Below, one piece after another: positions 27,792-37,341 of a stretch of DNA of 64,000 bases. The notes under the pieces were generated by a model. That model did not search any database. It was not told the DNA's origin and saw only the letters and a program-made list of their open reading frames with translations. The stretch's first letter is position 1. Each line of letters opens with the position of its first letter. The translations under genes were made by a program, and so were the position numbers. The DNA comes from an uncultured Christensenella sp. (GTDB lineage Bacteria > Bacillota > Clostridia > Christensenellales > Borkfalkiaceae). Location: contig CAYVPW010000001.1 in assembly GCA_964453915.1 (NCBI GenBank), forward strand, positions 6,143 through 70,142, written 5' to 3'.

Positions 27792-29039
27792 TTATTTTCT
27801 AACCGCTCCGTTTCCGTTCACAATAAATTTGGTAGTCGTAAGCGCTTTCAGCCCCATAGGTCCGCGTGCGTGAAGTTTTTGCGTTGCTATACCTATCTCC
27901 GCACCCAAGCCGAAAACAAACCCGTCCGTAAACCTTGTAGAAGCGTTTACGTATACGGAAGAAGAATCTATCAGTCTTGTAAACTTATCCGCATTATCTT
28001 TATTTTCCGTAATAATGGCTTCAGAGTGGTGCGTGCTGTGTTGGTTTATATGTTTAATCGCTTCGTCTAAACTGTCAACCGTTTTTACGGAAATTACAGG
28101 CCCGCCGTACTCCGTATAAAAGTCTTCTTCCGTTGCCAAAACCCCGCCTATCACTTTTTGTGCACGCTCGTCCGAACGGATTTCCACGTTCTTTTCGGAC
28201 AGTTTGTTTTTTATTAACGGCAAAACGGACGCTAAAATTTTAGAATGTATCACCAAAGATTCGCAGGCGTTGCACACGCTGTATCTTTGTGTTTTTGCAT
28301 TGAATATCACGTCCGCCGCCATTTGCGGATTTGCAAACTCATCAACGTAAACGTGGCAGTTCCCAGTTCCCGTTTCTATAATGGGAACGGTGGCTTCTTG
28401 CAATGCTGATTTAATAAGCGAAGCGCCGCCGCGCGGAATTAACAAGTCTAAATAACCGTTCATTTTCATAAATGCAAGCGTAGTTTCTCTAGAAGTATCT
28501 TCAATCAAATTCACGGCGTTTTCATTTACTCCGCACTCTTTTAACGCACTCTTTATTACGCACACCATAGCCTTGTTGCTGTTTATCGCATCGCTTCCGC
28601 CTTTTAATATTACGGCGTTTCTAGTTTTAAAACAAAGTGCAAAGGCATCTGCCGTAACGTTTGGGCGTGCTTCGTAAATCATACCCACAACGCCGAAAGG
28701 AACTCTTTTTTGAACTATCTTTATGCCTTGCTCTTTATTTGTAAAAGAATATACCTCTTCTCCTACGGGCGAATTTAGCAAAGCAACTTGTTCAATTCCA
28801 GTGGCAACGCCCTCTATCACTTTATTAGAAAGCAAAAGCCTGTCTATAAAGCCTTCCGGTTTTCCTTTTTTTACAGCCGCTTCTATATCGATAGCGTTTT
28901 GTTCTTTTAAATATGCCGCTTTTTCTCGTATTTTTTTTGCCGTTAATTTTAGTGCTAAATTTATCGTTTCTTCACTTAAATCAAGCAATGCGCCGACAGA
29001 CTCTTTTGCCGACTTACCTATCAACTCTAATTCTGTCAT
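27792..29039 (-). CDS. proA: glutamate-5-semialdehyde dehydrogenase (gamma-glutamyl phosphate reductase)
   Basis: ALDH-fold protein colinear with ProA (catalytic Cys context VCNACESLVIH). ATG 29039 has SD AAGGAG. Confidence 0.9.
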   Translation of the reverse strand: MTELELIGKSAKESVGALLDLSEETINLALKLTAKKIREKAAYLKEQNAIDIEAAVKKGKPEGFIDRLLLSNKVIEGVATGIEQVALLNSPVGEEVYSFTNKEQGIKIVQKRVPFGVVGMIYEARPNVTADAFALCFKTRNAVILKGGSDAINSNKAMVCVIKSALKECGVNENAVNLIEDTSRETTLAFMKMNGYLDLLIPRGGASLIKSALQEATVPIIETGTGNCHVYVDEFANPQMAADVIFNAKTQRYSVCNACESLVIHSKILASVLPLIKNKLSEKNVEIRSDERAQKVIGGVLATEEDFYTEYGGPVISVKTVDSLDEAIKHINQHSTHHSEAIITENKDNADKFTRLIDSSSVYVNASTRFTDGFVFGLGAEIGIATQKLHARGPMGLKALTTTKFIVNGNGAVRK

Positions 29040-29043
29040 ATTT

Positions 29044-29508
29044 TTATCTCCTTTTAAAATCAAAAGTAATAATACGTTTTATTTTATAAAAAAAAGCCTT
29101 TCTCGCCCTAAACGCCTTTACTCTTTTTATCCTTTTTTTATCGTTAGAATACAGTTTTTTTACTTCTTTTATATAATTTTCGTCTAAAACGTCTATATAC
29201 CTTTTACCGCGGTAAAATCCCGCCATGACGCCGACTATTTGCTCTTCTAAAACCTTTTCTTTACTATCTAAACCGTCGCCCATAAAAACGTACCCGTCTT
29301 GCAAAATACCTACCACCCTGTGCAAAACGTAAGTGCCGTCCTTTCTTAAATACAGTGCAACGTCCATCTCTTTAAGGCGTTCCGTTTTAGGCAAAACAAC
29401 CACGCTTTGTTTTGCGTGTTTTAAGGTTGGCCACATACTTGTTCCGCCGGGAACAAAGGCTATCACCCCGTTTTTATTAAGTTCGGTTTTATAATCTACG
29501 CAACCCAT
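29044..29508 (-). CDS. S24/S26-family serine peptidase-like protein without a membrane anchor
   Basis: GTSMWPTL (the SMxPT nucleophile motif), then VLHRVV and a GDG box resembling SipW/ER-type signal peptidases. No N-terminal TM segment. Confidence 0.6.
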   Translation of the reverse strand: MGCVDYKTELNKNGVIAFVPGGTSMWPTLKHAKQSVVVLPKTERLKEMDVALYLRKDGTYVLHRVVGILQDGYVFMGDGLDSKEKVLEEQIVGVMAGFYRGKRYIDVLDENYIKEVKKLYSNDKKRIKRVKAFRARKAFFYKIKRIITFDFKRR

Positions 29509-29586
29509 ATAAAATATTATATATCACTTTTTTTATTTTGTAAATAAAAAACTCTCGTCAAAATTTTATCCGTTTTTAAAATAGCA

Positions 29587-29618
29587 AAACGAACCGAAAA
29601 GCCTTTTCCGGTTCGTTT
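29587..29618 (-). terminator. terminator after the ferritin-like gene
   Basis: AAACGAACCG-12 nt-CGGTTCGTTT hairpin with a moderately T-rich tail on the minus strand. Confidence 0.5.
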
Positions 29619-29677
29619 TAATTTTATCGTAATCCTTCTAAACGGTTTGTTTTCACCGTTTATCGGTATCCAACAAA

Positions 29678-30922
29678 TTACACGCCTTTTTTTCTTCCTA
29701 AATCGGTGTTATCCGTTTTTCTGTCCCTTAACGATTTTTCTGCGGATTGTTTAACTTCGTAGCGATAGTCTTTTCCGTTTTTCCCTATATACTTTTCTAT
29801 CACTGCATGAGAAGCAACTTGATTTATCGATGAATTTACCTGTCTTTGATACTTAAAAAAGTCTGCACCGTCAGGCAAGTCGTCTACGGGAATGGTGTCT
29901 TCTTTATAGCCGGTAAGCCTTACGTCGTTCATAACTTTTCTCACGTATTCCTTATTATCGTGCAGTTTGATTAAACTGGGAAATTCCACTGTTGGAAACA
30001 ATTGTTCAAATGTTCTGCCTTCGTACTTATAAAGCATATCGGAAGCGATTTTTAAATGTTTTAATTCTTGCTCGAAATGCTCTTCCCAAACTCTTTTTAT
30101 ATAGCCGTCCGATTCGTCTTGAATACAAGAATAATACAAATAGCACTCCGTATACTCGTGCATTACCCAGTGCTCTAGCCACGTGCAGGCGGGGTCTAAC
30201 AAACTGCCGTATCCTGTCACATGTTGTTCTTCTATCATTGCTATTTCAGAATAAAGTTTTCTGCCTTGCTCCGAATGGTAAAGGTTTGCCACGTTCATAT
30301 AGTAGTTCATTGTCTGTTGTTCCGCCGCCGTAATTATCATTGTGTTTAATCTCGTAGTTAATTCGTCTCTCCAGTCGTTTATATAATGGCGAACGTCGTC
30401 GTGCGGGTGGCGGTGCTCGGAAACGGTAGGTCTACCCGGCGTGATTTCCGTATATCCGCCAACCAAAACCTCGCCTTTTATACCTTCTTCCATATCTAAT
30501 AAATCGCTATATCTATACAGATGGTCAAAGTCTTCTAAAAGGGCAAAATCAAGCTGTTTTTTCACAAAAGATTTGGGTTCTTTTATTGCCATTTCGGCAG
30601 TTAAGTCCACCGCTAATTGTTCGTATGCGATAGTCGTTTCCAAAATAGTTTCGTTAATGGGGCGCAAAGACGATATCCTTTTTTGCTGTTGTTGTTCTTG
30701 TCTTCTCACTTCCGCAAGCGCACGGCGTATGTCGTTGTTTAAACAATGTCTATGAAAGTTATGCATAAACCAATTAGACTCAAACTCCGTGCCGTTCATC
30801 AATATAACCCTAGCCTTAGTGTAGGGGGCTGCAGTTTTTTTATCGTAGGGTTTTAAAGATAAGTTTGCCCAACTTACATAGTTGATTTTCGTGTCTTTTG
30901 GTAGTTCCTTAAACGGGTTCAT
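29678..30922 (-). CDS. ferritin-like / diiron-carboxylate-like protein (414 aa); function unknown
   Basis: ATG 30922 is preceded by AAGGAGG. Two ExxH motifs (IEEQHV, EQELKHL) and several conserved-looking Glu/His helices. The upstream extension in the track is rejected. Confidence 0.45.
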   Translation of the reverse strand: MNPFKELPKDTKINYVSWANLSLKPYDKKTAAPYTKARVILMNGTEFESNWFMHNFHRHCLNNDIRRALAEVRRQEQQQQKRISSLRPINETILETTIAYEQLAVDLTAEMAIKEPKSFVKKQLDFALLEDFDHLYRYSDLLDMEEGIKGEVLVGGYTEITPGRPTVSEHRHPHDDVRHYINDWRDELTTRLNTMIITAAEQQTMNYYMNVANLYHSEQGRKLYSEIAMIEEQHVTGYGSLLDPACTWLEHWVMHEYTECYLYYSCIQDESDGYIKRVWEEHFEQELKHLKIASDMLYKYEGRTFEQLFPTVEFPSLIKLHDNKEYVRKVMNDVRLTGYKEDTIPVDDLPDGADFFKYQRQVNSSINQVASHAVIEKYIGKNGKDYRYEVKQSAEKSLRDRKTDNTDLGRKKGV

Positions 30923-31063
30923 AAAAATCCTCCTTTTTATTTGTTTATATTGTTTTACCCGTTTAACTTTTTTTAATACAACCTGCATAAAAAAACGAAA
31001 AATTTTTAGTTTTAATTTTTGCAAAACAAACAATTACCCTATAGAATGATAAATATATAACGT

Positions 31064-31101
31064 AAAACAAAAAAAGAGCATAAAGTTTTCCTTTATACTC
31101 T
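31064..31101 (-). terminator. rho-independent terminator after the VanZ-like gene
   Basis: Minus strand AGAGTATAAAG-gaaaa-CTTTATGCTCT (one mismatch) followed by TTTTTTTG. Confidence 0.65.
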
Positions 31102-31122
31102 AATCTTAGTAGCATTGTTAAA

Positions 31123-31605
31123 TCAATTTTTTTGGTCGTTTTTCCGTTCTTTTTTACTTATAACACACCGTGCTACGTAATAAGTAGTGCCTACTATTAT
31201 AAGCGTAGCCGCAACTCCGCCGAAATCTATCCATACGTCTAGTAAAGAAGAACCTCTTGCCGAAAATAACTGAATAGTTTCGTCCGTCACCGCAACGAAA
31301 AACCCTACGACCGCTATAAACAATACCGTTTTAATGTTATACTTTTGCAATGTCAAAAACAATGCGTTTAATTCTAATCCCAAAACGAAAAACTCTCCGC
31401 CGTGCGCCAACTTTCTAAAAGCGCCGTGCGTGATAACGTTTTCTCCGAAAAGAAAATCCAATACTTTGCGTGCCGCACCGTAAACCGTTTGAGACTCTTG
31501 CGAAGAGTTGCCTATATCGAGAAAAGAATTTCCCCAAATAAAGCCCACCGTGCAAAACAATAAAACACAAATTATCGAAATGCCGATTTTCCTTTTTTTA
31601 CTCAT
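31123..31605 (-). CDS. VanZ-like family membrane protein
   Basis: 160 aa, about 4 TM. VanZ-like pattern KLAHGGEFFVLG ... DETIQLF..RGSSLLDVWIDFGG. Confidence 0.7.
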   Translation of the reverse strand: MSKKRKIGISIICVLLFCTVGFIWGNSFLDIGNSSQESQTVYGAARKVLDFLFGENVITHGAFRKLAHGGEFFVLGLELNALFLTLQKYNIKTVLFIAVVGFFVAVTDETIQLFSARGSSLLDVWIDFGGVAATLIIVGTTYYVARCVISKKERKNDQKN

Positions 31606-31616
31606 AACGCACCGTT

Positions 31617-33116
31617 TTAATTTCTTAAAGATTTTTCGGTTAAAAGCGCAATCCGTTCCGCAACCGATTTTTTAAAATCTCTTTTACTAAACTTGATAGC
31701 CCAATTTTGCTCTCTTACTATGCCGGGCACGTTTATTCTGTAATCTCCGCCGCATAACAATGCATCTTGAAGAGGAAGAATAAATAAATCCGCCTTGCAT
31801 AAAAAGCCTAATTCAATAATGCTCTTTGCTATCGTCTCCGGCGTTTTCGCTTCTCTCCTAATCTTAAATTCGCATAGAGACGAATTTACGCCCTTTACCA
31901 AATTGTTGTAATCCCATTCGGAAGAATTCTCTATAAGCCCTATAAGCGTATCGTTATCGTGAGTTCCCGTGTAGCAAACAGAATTTTCGTTTATTCTCTC
32001 CGGCAAATATAAATTTCCCGTTTCTCCGTTAAAAGCAAAAGATAAAACTTTCATTCCGGGATAGCCGGTAAACTCTAAAAGTTCTCTCACCCCGTCGTCT
32101 ATAATACCAAGGTCTTCCGATATTATCTTATCCCTGTCTATTTCTTTATGAACGGCGTTAAAAAGCTGAACGCTGGGTACTTCTATCCATTCGCCGCAAG
32201 TAGCGTCTTTTGCACCGTAATCTACTTCATAAAACCTGTCAAGTCCGCGGAAATGATCTATTCTTAAATAATCAACTATGGATAGCGCGCTTTTAAGCCT
32301 GTTTATCCACCAAGAAAATCCGTCCTTTTCGTGAACGGCGTAATCGTAAACGGGGTTGCCCCAAAGCTGACCTTTTTGACTAAAATAATCCGGCGGAACA
32401 CCTGCAACTTTTTTGGGCGTAAAATTATCGTTAAGCTTAAAAAGTTGCGGATTAACCCAAACGTCTACACTGTCTAGTGCAACGTAAAGCGGCATATCGC
32501 CCATTATGAAAACGCCGTTTTTGTTAGCGTACTTTTTTAATTTAAGCCACTGTTTTTTTGCAACGAATTGCAAAAAATGCCAAAACAAAACTTCTTCTTT
32601 ATTTTGTTTTTCAAACTCGGCAAGAGCGCTCTCTTCCCTATGCCTTAATTCGCTTTCCCACTCGTAAAAAGGTTTATGCTCGGTTTTTATCTTTATTGCG
32701 GAAAACAAAGCGTAGTCTCTATATTCTCCGCTTTTTACAAACTTTTTGAATGAAGAATTATTTTTGTCAAAACGGCTAAACGCCTTTCTTAAAATAGGGT
32801 ATCTTATTTGATACAACTTGCCGTAGTCTATATATTTTCCTTCTATAACAGCGCTTTTTAAATCCGACGCGGAAATTAAGCCTTCTTCTTTTAACGTTTC
32901 TAAACTTATAAAATACGGATTAAAAGAATAAGAGCAAACCGATGAATACGGGGAATTTCCGTAGCCCGTTTGAACCAAAGGTAAAATTTGCCAAACGCTT
33001 TGCTTTGCGCTTTTTAAGTAATCTATAAAATCATATGCTTCTTGCCCGAAACTGCCGATTCCGTACTTGCTCGGCAACGAAAAAACGGGCAAAAGAATTC
33101 CGCTTTGTCTTTTCAT
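31617..33116 (-). CDS. malQ: 4-alpha-glucanotransferase (amylomaltase, GH77)
   Basis: 499 aa. N-terminus RQSGILLPVFSLPSKYGIGSFG and the GH77-like segments DYLRIDHFRG and YTGTHDNDT. Confidence 0.92.
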   Translation of the reverse strand: MKRQSGILLPVFSLPSKYGIGSFGQEAYDFIDYLKSAKQSVWQILPLVQTGYGNSPYSSVCSYSFNPYFISLETLKEEGLISASDLKSAVIEGKYIDYGKLYQIRYPILRKAFSRFDKNNSSFKKFVKSGEYRDYALFSAIKIKTEHKPFYEWESELRHREESALAEFEKQNKEEVLFWHFLQFVAKKQWLKLKKYANKNGVFIMGDMPLYVALDSVDVWVNPQLFKLNDNFTPKKVAGVPPDYFSQKGQLWGNPVYDYAVHEKDGFSWWINRLKSALSIVDYLRIDHFRGLDRFYEVDYGAKDATCGEWIEVPSVQLFNAVHKEIDRDKIISEDLGIIDDGVRELLEFTGYPGMKVLSFAFNGETGNLYLPERINENSVCYTGTHDNDTLIGLIENSSEWDYNNLVKGVNSSLCEFKIRREAKTPETIAKSIIELGFLCKADLFILPLQDALLCGGDYRINVPGIVREQNWAIKFSKRDFKKSVAERIALLTEKSLRN

Positions 33117-33147
33117 ATATATTCCTTTATTTTTTCTTGTGTTAATT

Positions 33148-34011
33148 TTATTGCTTAACGGAACCGTTTTGCAAAGAAAGGTATTCTTCCGCTTCTTTTA
33201 CGCCGAACAGTTCTCTTATCGGTCCGTCCTTTCTCTTAGCGGCGAAAACCGTAAAAATTATAGCCACAACAACGCCTAAAACCGCAGTGATTATCACCGT
33301 TAAATAATCCCACTGATTGCCTATCGCCACTTTTACGGAAGGATCTAAAATAAGCCCGCCCACGTCATAAATAAAATGTAAAGCAATAGCGGAATAAATA
33401 TTTCCCGTGGCAATTAAAGATATGCCGCACATTGCGCCTATTAAAAACGAATACCCTATTTGTAAAACCGTTGCCCCAACGCTTTGCCCGCCTATCAAAT
33501 TTAATATATGCGACAATCCAAACAACGCCGAAGATAGCGCCACGGAAAAGAATACTCTGTGTTTTTTATCTTTTAATAATACGTAGCAAAGCGGAAAAAT
33601 AATACCGCGAAAAGTTATTTCTTCGTATAAACCGATAGAAAAACAATAAAAAACGTAAACGACAATATGCCCGCCGTCCGCATAAATATCTACGTTTCCT
33701 TTTAAAGTACCTATAACGGGAAAGTTATTTATAGCAACGGCTAGTGCGGGAATAAGCAATAAATAGTATTTTATATTAAACGATTTTGTAAATATCTTGC
33801 CAAACCCGTACTTAAATATAAAAATCACCGCTATTGCCGACAGAATAATTCTTAAAACGCTTACAGCCACCATTGCGGATACGCTTTTATCTTCTATAAA
33901 AAAATCCGTTATTCTATTAAAAGGCAAAGATACAAGCCCCAAAGTAAACAGCATTACGATTACTATATGCCACAGCGGTGCTTTATAAGCATCTTTTTTT
34001 AGCGGATTCAT
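33148..34011 (-). CDS. CPBP-family intramembrane glutamic endopeptidase (CAAX protease-like)
   Basis: Polytopic, with motifs EEITFRG, FGLSH and HFIYD. ATG 34011 overlaps the upstream stop (ATGA). Confidence 0.8.
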   Translation of the reverse strand: MNPLKKDAYKAPLWHIVIVMLFTLGLVSLPFNRITDFFIEDKSVSAMVAVSVLRIILSAIAVIFIFKYGFGKIFTKSFNIKYYLLLIPALAVAINNFPVIGTLKGNVDIYADGGHIVVYVFYCFSIGLYEEITFRGIIFPLCYVLLKDKKHRVFFSVALSSALFGLSHILNLIGGQSVGATVLQIGYSFLIGAMCGISLIATGNIYSAIALHFIYDVGGLILDPSVKVAIGNQWDYLTVIITAVLGVVVAIIFTVFAAKRKDGPIRELFGVKEAEEYLSLQNGSVKQ

Positions 34012-34745
34012 AAGGCGTATCCCCCGTCCGCAGTGATTATTTGACCTGTTATAAAATCCGCCTTTTCGGAGCACAAAAAATATACTAATTCGGCAATCTC
34101 TTGCGCTGTCCCCAGTCTTCCGAGCGGCGTTTGATTTTTCAATTCTTGAATCTCGGATTGATTGAACCTAGAATTCATTTTAGTATCTATCACGCCGGGG
34201 CAAACGCAGTTAACGTTTATTCCGCAAGGCGCAACTTCTTTTGCAAGCGCCTTTGTAAGCCCTATAATAGCCGCTTTGCTTGCCGAATAAGCCGTTTCCA
34301 TACAAGCGCCCACACTTCCCCATATAGAAGACACGTTGACTATTTTTCCGCTTTTTTTCTCTATCATACCTTTTAAGCAAAACCTAGACAGGTAAAAAGC
34401 AGAGTCAACGTTTACGCTAAAAATATCTTTCCATTCTTTATCACTGGTATCGGACAAAAGTTTATAAAGGTCTGCACCGGCGTTGTTCACCAAAACGTTG
34501 ATATGCTTAAAACTTTTAGATAAATTGTCCAGTGCGTTTTCTACGCTTTTTTTGCAAGTAAAATCACAGCAAAAAGGATAAAAATAATCTAAAACACCTT
34601 CGTTTAAAAGTTCGGTTTTAAATTTTTCCATCTCTTCTTTTCCGTTATTATATTGTCCGCAAACAAAATAACCGTTTTTTAAAAAAATTTTGGCTATCTG
34701 TTTTCCTATTCCGCCGCTCACACCGGTAATCAACGCAACCTGCAT
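34008..34745 (-). CDS. SDR-family oxidoreductase (FabG-like 3-oxoacyl reductase)
   Basis: TGVSGGIGKQIA cofactor motif, NNAG and the YSASK catalytic motif. Confidence 0.85.
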   Translation of the reverse strand: MQVALITGVSGGIGKQIAKIFLKNGYFVCGQYNNGKEEMEKFKTELLNEGVLDYFYPFCCDFTCKKSVENALDNLSKSFKHINVLVNNAGADLYKLLSDTSDKEWKDIFSVNVDSAFYLSRFCLKGMIEKKSGKIVNVSSIWGSVGACMETAYSASKAAIIGLTKALAKEVAPCGINVNCVCPGVIDTKMNSRFNQSEIQELKNQTPLGRLGTAQEIAELVYFLCSEKADFITGQIITADGGYAL

Positions 34746-34764
34746 TTTATTTCCCCTAAAATTT

Positions 34765-34792
34765 ACTATACCCGCAAAAAAATTTGCGGGTA
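34765..34792 (-). terminator. terminator after efp
   Basis: TACCCGCAAA-aaaa-TTTGCGGGTA 10-bp stem. Confidence 0.5.
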
Positions 34793-34816
34793 CGGTTTCT
34801 ATAAGTCAAAAGATAA

Positions 34817-35377
34817 TCAGCCTTTTACACGTTCCATGTATTCGCCCGTTCTCGTATCAACTCTGATAAGTTCGCCTTCGTTAACAAACATAGGAACTTG
34901 AATTTTTGCGCCGGTTTCTAAAACAGCGTCCTTCGTGGCGTTGGTTGCGGTATTTCCCTTTACGGAAGGATCCGCTTGAACTACTCTTAAAGTCACAAAG
35001 TTTTCACATTCAACGGAGAAAGCCGCTCCCTTATAAAACTTAACTACAACGTTATCGTTTTCTTTGATGTATTGAAGAGCGTCTTCTACTTGCTCATAGT
35101 TAAGCGGGGTAAGATTAAACTCTTGGTCCATAAAGTAGTAAAGTTCGCCGTCGTTATAAGAATAAGTCATATTCTTGGTTTCGATATGTGCTTCTTGAAC
35201 CTTTTCGGTGGGGTTCCAAGTTTTTTCTAAAACCGCACCCGTCACAACATTTTTCATTTTGGTTCTTACGAAAGCCGCTCCTTTACCGGGTTTAACGTGT
35301 TGGAAATCTACTATGGTGTAAATTCCGCTTTCGTATTCAAAAGTCACGCCTTTTCTGAAATCGCCTGCTGATATCAT
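34817..35377 (-). CDS. efp: translation elongation factor P
   Basis: 186 aa, colinear with EF-P ([10 protein letters not shown]...[12 protein letters not shown]). Confidence 0.96.
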   Translation of the reverse strand: MISAGDFRKGVTFEYESGIYTIVDFQHVKPGKGAAFVRTKMKNVVTGAVLEKTWNPTEKVQEAHIETKNMTYSYNDGELYYFMDQEFNLTPLNYEQVEDALQYIKENDNVVVKFYKGAAFSVECENFVTLRVVQADPSVKGNTATNATKDAVLETGAKIQVPMFVNEGELIRVDTRTGEYMERVKG

Positions 35378-35413
35378 AATTTTTTCTCCTTAAATAGTTT
35401 TTACGTTAATTTT

Positions 35414-36457
35414 TTATAAAATCAAAAGTTGTTTATCGTCCGTAAACAGCCTTTCCACTTTTCCGTTTTTAATTATAACCGTGTCTTCTATCCTTATACC
35501 GAACTTTCCTTCTATATAAACGCCCGGCTCTACCGTAAACACGTTGTCTTCTTGTATAATCTCTTTGCTTTTTGCGGATAAATACGGCGCTTCGTGAATA
35601 TCAAGCCCCACGCCGTGCCCTAAAGAATGAGTAAAATATTCTCCGTAGCCGGCGGCATTAAGGCTGTCCCTTGCTATTTTATCGCAATCGCAAGTTTTCA
35701 TTCCCGCGGATATTTGCTTTTCTGCAAGTTCGTTTGCCAAAAACACCGCCTTGTAGCAATCCTTAAATTCTTTGGTAGGATTTCCAAAAAACAAAGTTCT
35801 GGTTAAATCCGAACAATATCCTTTATAAACGCAACCCGTATCAATTAAAACTACCGAATTTTTTTCTAAAACGGTGTCTCCCGTTTCGTGATGGGGAACT
35901 GCGGCGTTTTTGCCGAAAGCCACTATAGAAGAAAAACTTTCCCCTTCTCCGCCTAGCCTTAAAACGTTATCTTGCAACACCTTGCAAAGAGATTTTTCCG
36001 TTATTCCCTCTTTAATGCTCGGCAACGTTTCGTAATAGGCTTTCTCTATAATTTCGCACGCTTTTTTTATACAATCTATTTCTTCTTTGCTCTTTACGGA
36101 ACGAAGTTTTTCTATTTCTTTTTTGCCGTTTAATAACTTTACGTTTAACTTTTTATACGCTTGATACTCCGAAACGGTAGTTTTATCGTAGTCTATAAAA
36201 AGCCTTTTTATTCTTAAATTTTTAATATGCCTTTTTACCGTTTCTAAATTTTCGTATAAAACGGGAGCGATATCCGTTCCTCTCAATTTCTCCTTAACCG
36301 CAAAATAATACCTTGCGTCCGTAAAATAAACGGGAGTTTTACACACCAACAAAATTCCTTCCGCAACGTCTATTTTAGAAAAATACTTTCTTGTTGCTCT
36401 GTCGGTTATAAGGCACGCATATTTATCGCAAAAAATCTTACTTATCGTATTAGACAT
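35414..36457 (-). CDS. Xaa-Pro aminopeptidase/dipeptidase (M24B family)
   Basis: Metal-ligand motifs DTG..Y.GYCSD and HSLGHGVGLDIHE. Its position before efp matches B. subtilis yqhT-efp. I chose ATG 36457 over the TTG at 36481. Confidence 0.88.
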   Translation of the reverse strand: MSNTISKIFCDKYACLITDRATRKYFSKIDVAEGILLVCKTPVYFTDARYYFAVKEKLRGTDIAPVLYENLETVKRHIKNLRIKRLFIDYDKTTVSEYQAYKKLNVKLLNGKKEIEKLRSVKSKEEIDCIKKACEIIEKAYYETLPSIKEGITEKSLCKVLQDNVLRLGGEGESFSSIVAFGKNAAVPHHETGDTVLEKNSVVLIDTGCVYKGYCSDLTRTLFFGNPTKEFKDCYKAVFLANELAEKQISAGMKTCDCDKIARDSLNAAGYGEYFTHSLGHGVGLDIHEAPYLSAKSKEIIQEDNVFTVEPGVYIEGKFGIRIEDTVIIKNGKVERLFTDDKQLLIL

Positions 36458-36492
36458 AAGTTTACCTTGATATTTTACCAAATTTTTTTATA

Positions 36493-37341
36493 TTAGTCAA
36501 TTTGTTTATATAATTTTTGCATATTTACCGCATCTATATCTTGCGTACCTGCGGATTCGCAAACGATTATCGGCTCTAAGTTTAGTTTTTTTAACGCTTT
36601 TGCAAGCGGCAAAAATTCCGGCCCGTAATGCGTATCGGCAAAAGTGAGATGTCTTACTTCTCCTTTTGCGGAATACTCTATCTTAGAAAAATGCACGTGG
36701 AAATTTTTCATTCGTTCGTACCCCAATTCCGAAATCATATATTCTAACCTATCCGAAAAATCTTTTTCGGTTTTTAAGCTTCCGCATTCTCTTGCGTTCA
36801 CATGCCCGAAATCTACGGTAGGAATATAAATTTTATCTATTTTGCAAAAAGACGTAATCTCTTCTATCGTGCCGATCTGCCCTATTTTACCCATCGTTTC
36901 GGGGCAAAGCAAAACATCTTCTAAACCGTTTTGATAAACCTTTTCGGCTAAAACTTTAAGTCTTTCCGCACATAACGCCACAGCCTTTTCTCTAGTGGCT
37001 TTTCCTTGAGAGGCAGGGTGAAATATAACCCTATTCCCACCCATAAGTTTAACTTTTTTTGCAGAAGACAACACGTATTCGTAACTCTTTTCCGCATTTT
37101 CTTCTTCCGGATTAGAAAAATTTATATAGTACGGCGCATGAACGGATATTTCCACACCCGCCTTATCAAAAGCGTTTGCAATAGAAAGCGCCTTCTCGTC
37201 GGACATATTAACGCCGCGACCGAAAGAATATTCAAACCAGTCTAGCCCTAAATCTTTTACCCAAACTGCCGATTCTTCCGTTTTGCTTTTTTTTGCGTCG
37301 TAAAACGCTTGTGAATTTCCGCTCGGTCCGAATTTAATCAT
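36493..37341 (-). CDS. endonuclease IV-family TIM-barrel protein (AP endonuclease family 2-like)
   Basis: Motifs align with Nfo as I recall it: HAPYYINF, FHPAS, PETMG, DFGH, HVHFS. Confidence 0.6.
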   Translation of the reverse strand: MIKFGPSGNSQAFYDAKKSKTEESAVWVKDLGLDWFEYSFGRGVNMSDEKALSIANAFDKAGVEISVHAPYYINFSNPEEENAEKSYEYVLSSAKKVKLMGGNRVIFHPASQGKATREKAVALCAERLKVLAEKVYQNGLEDVLLCPETMGKIGQIGTIEEITSFCKIDKIYIPTVDFGHVNARECGSLKTEKDFSDRLEYMISELGYERMKNFHVHFSKIEYSAKGEVRHLTFADTHYGPEFLPLAKALKKLNLEPIIVCESAGTQDIDAVNMQKLYKQID

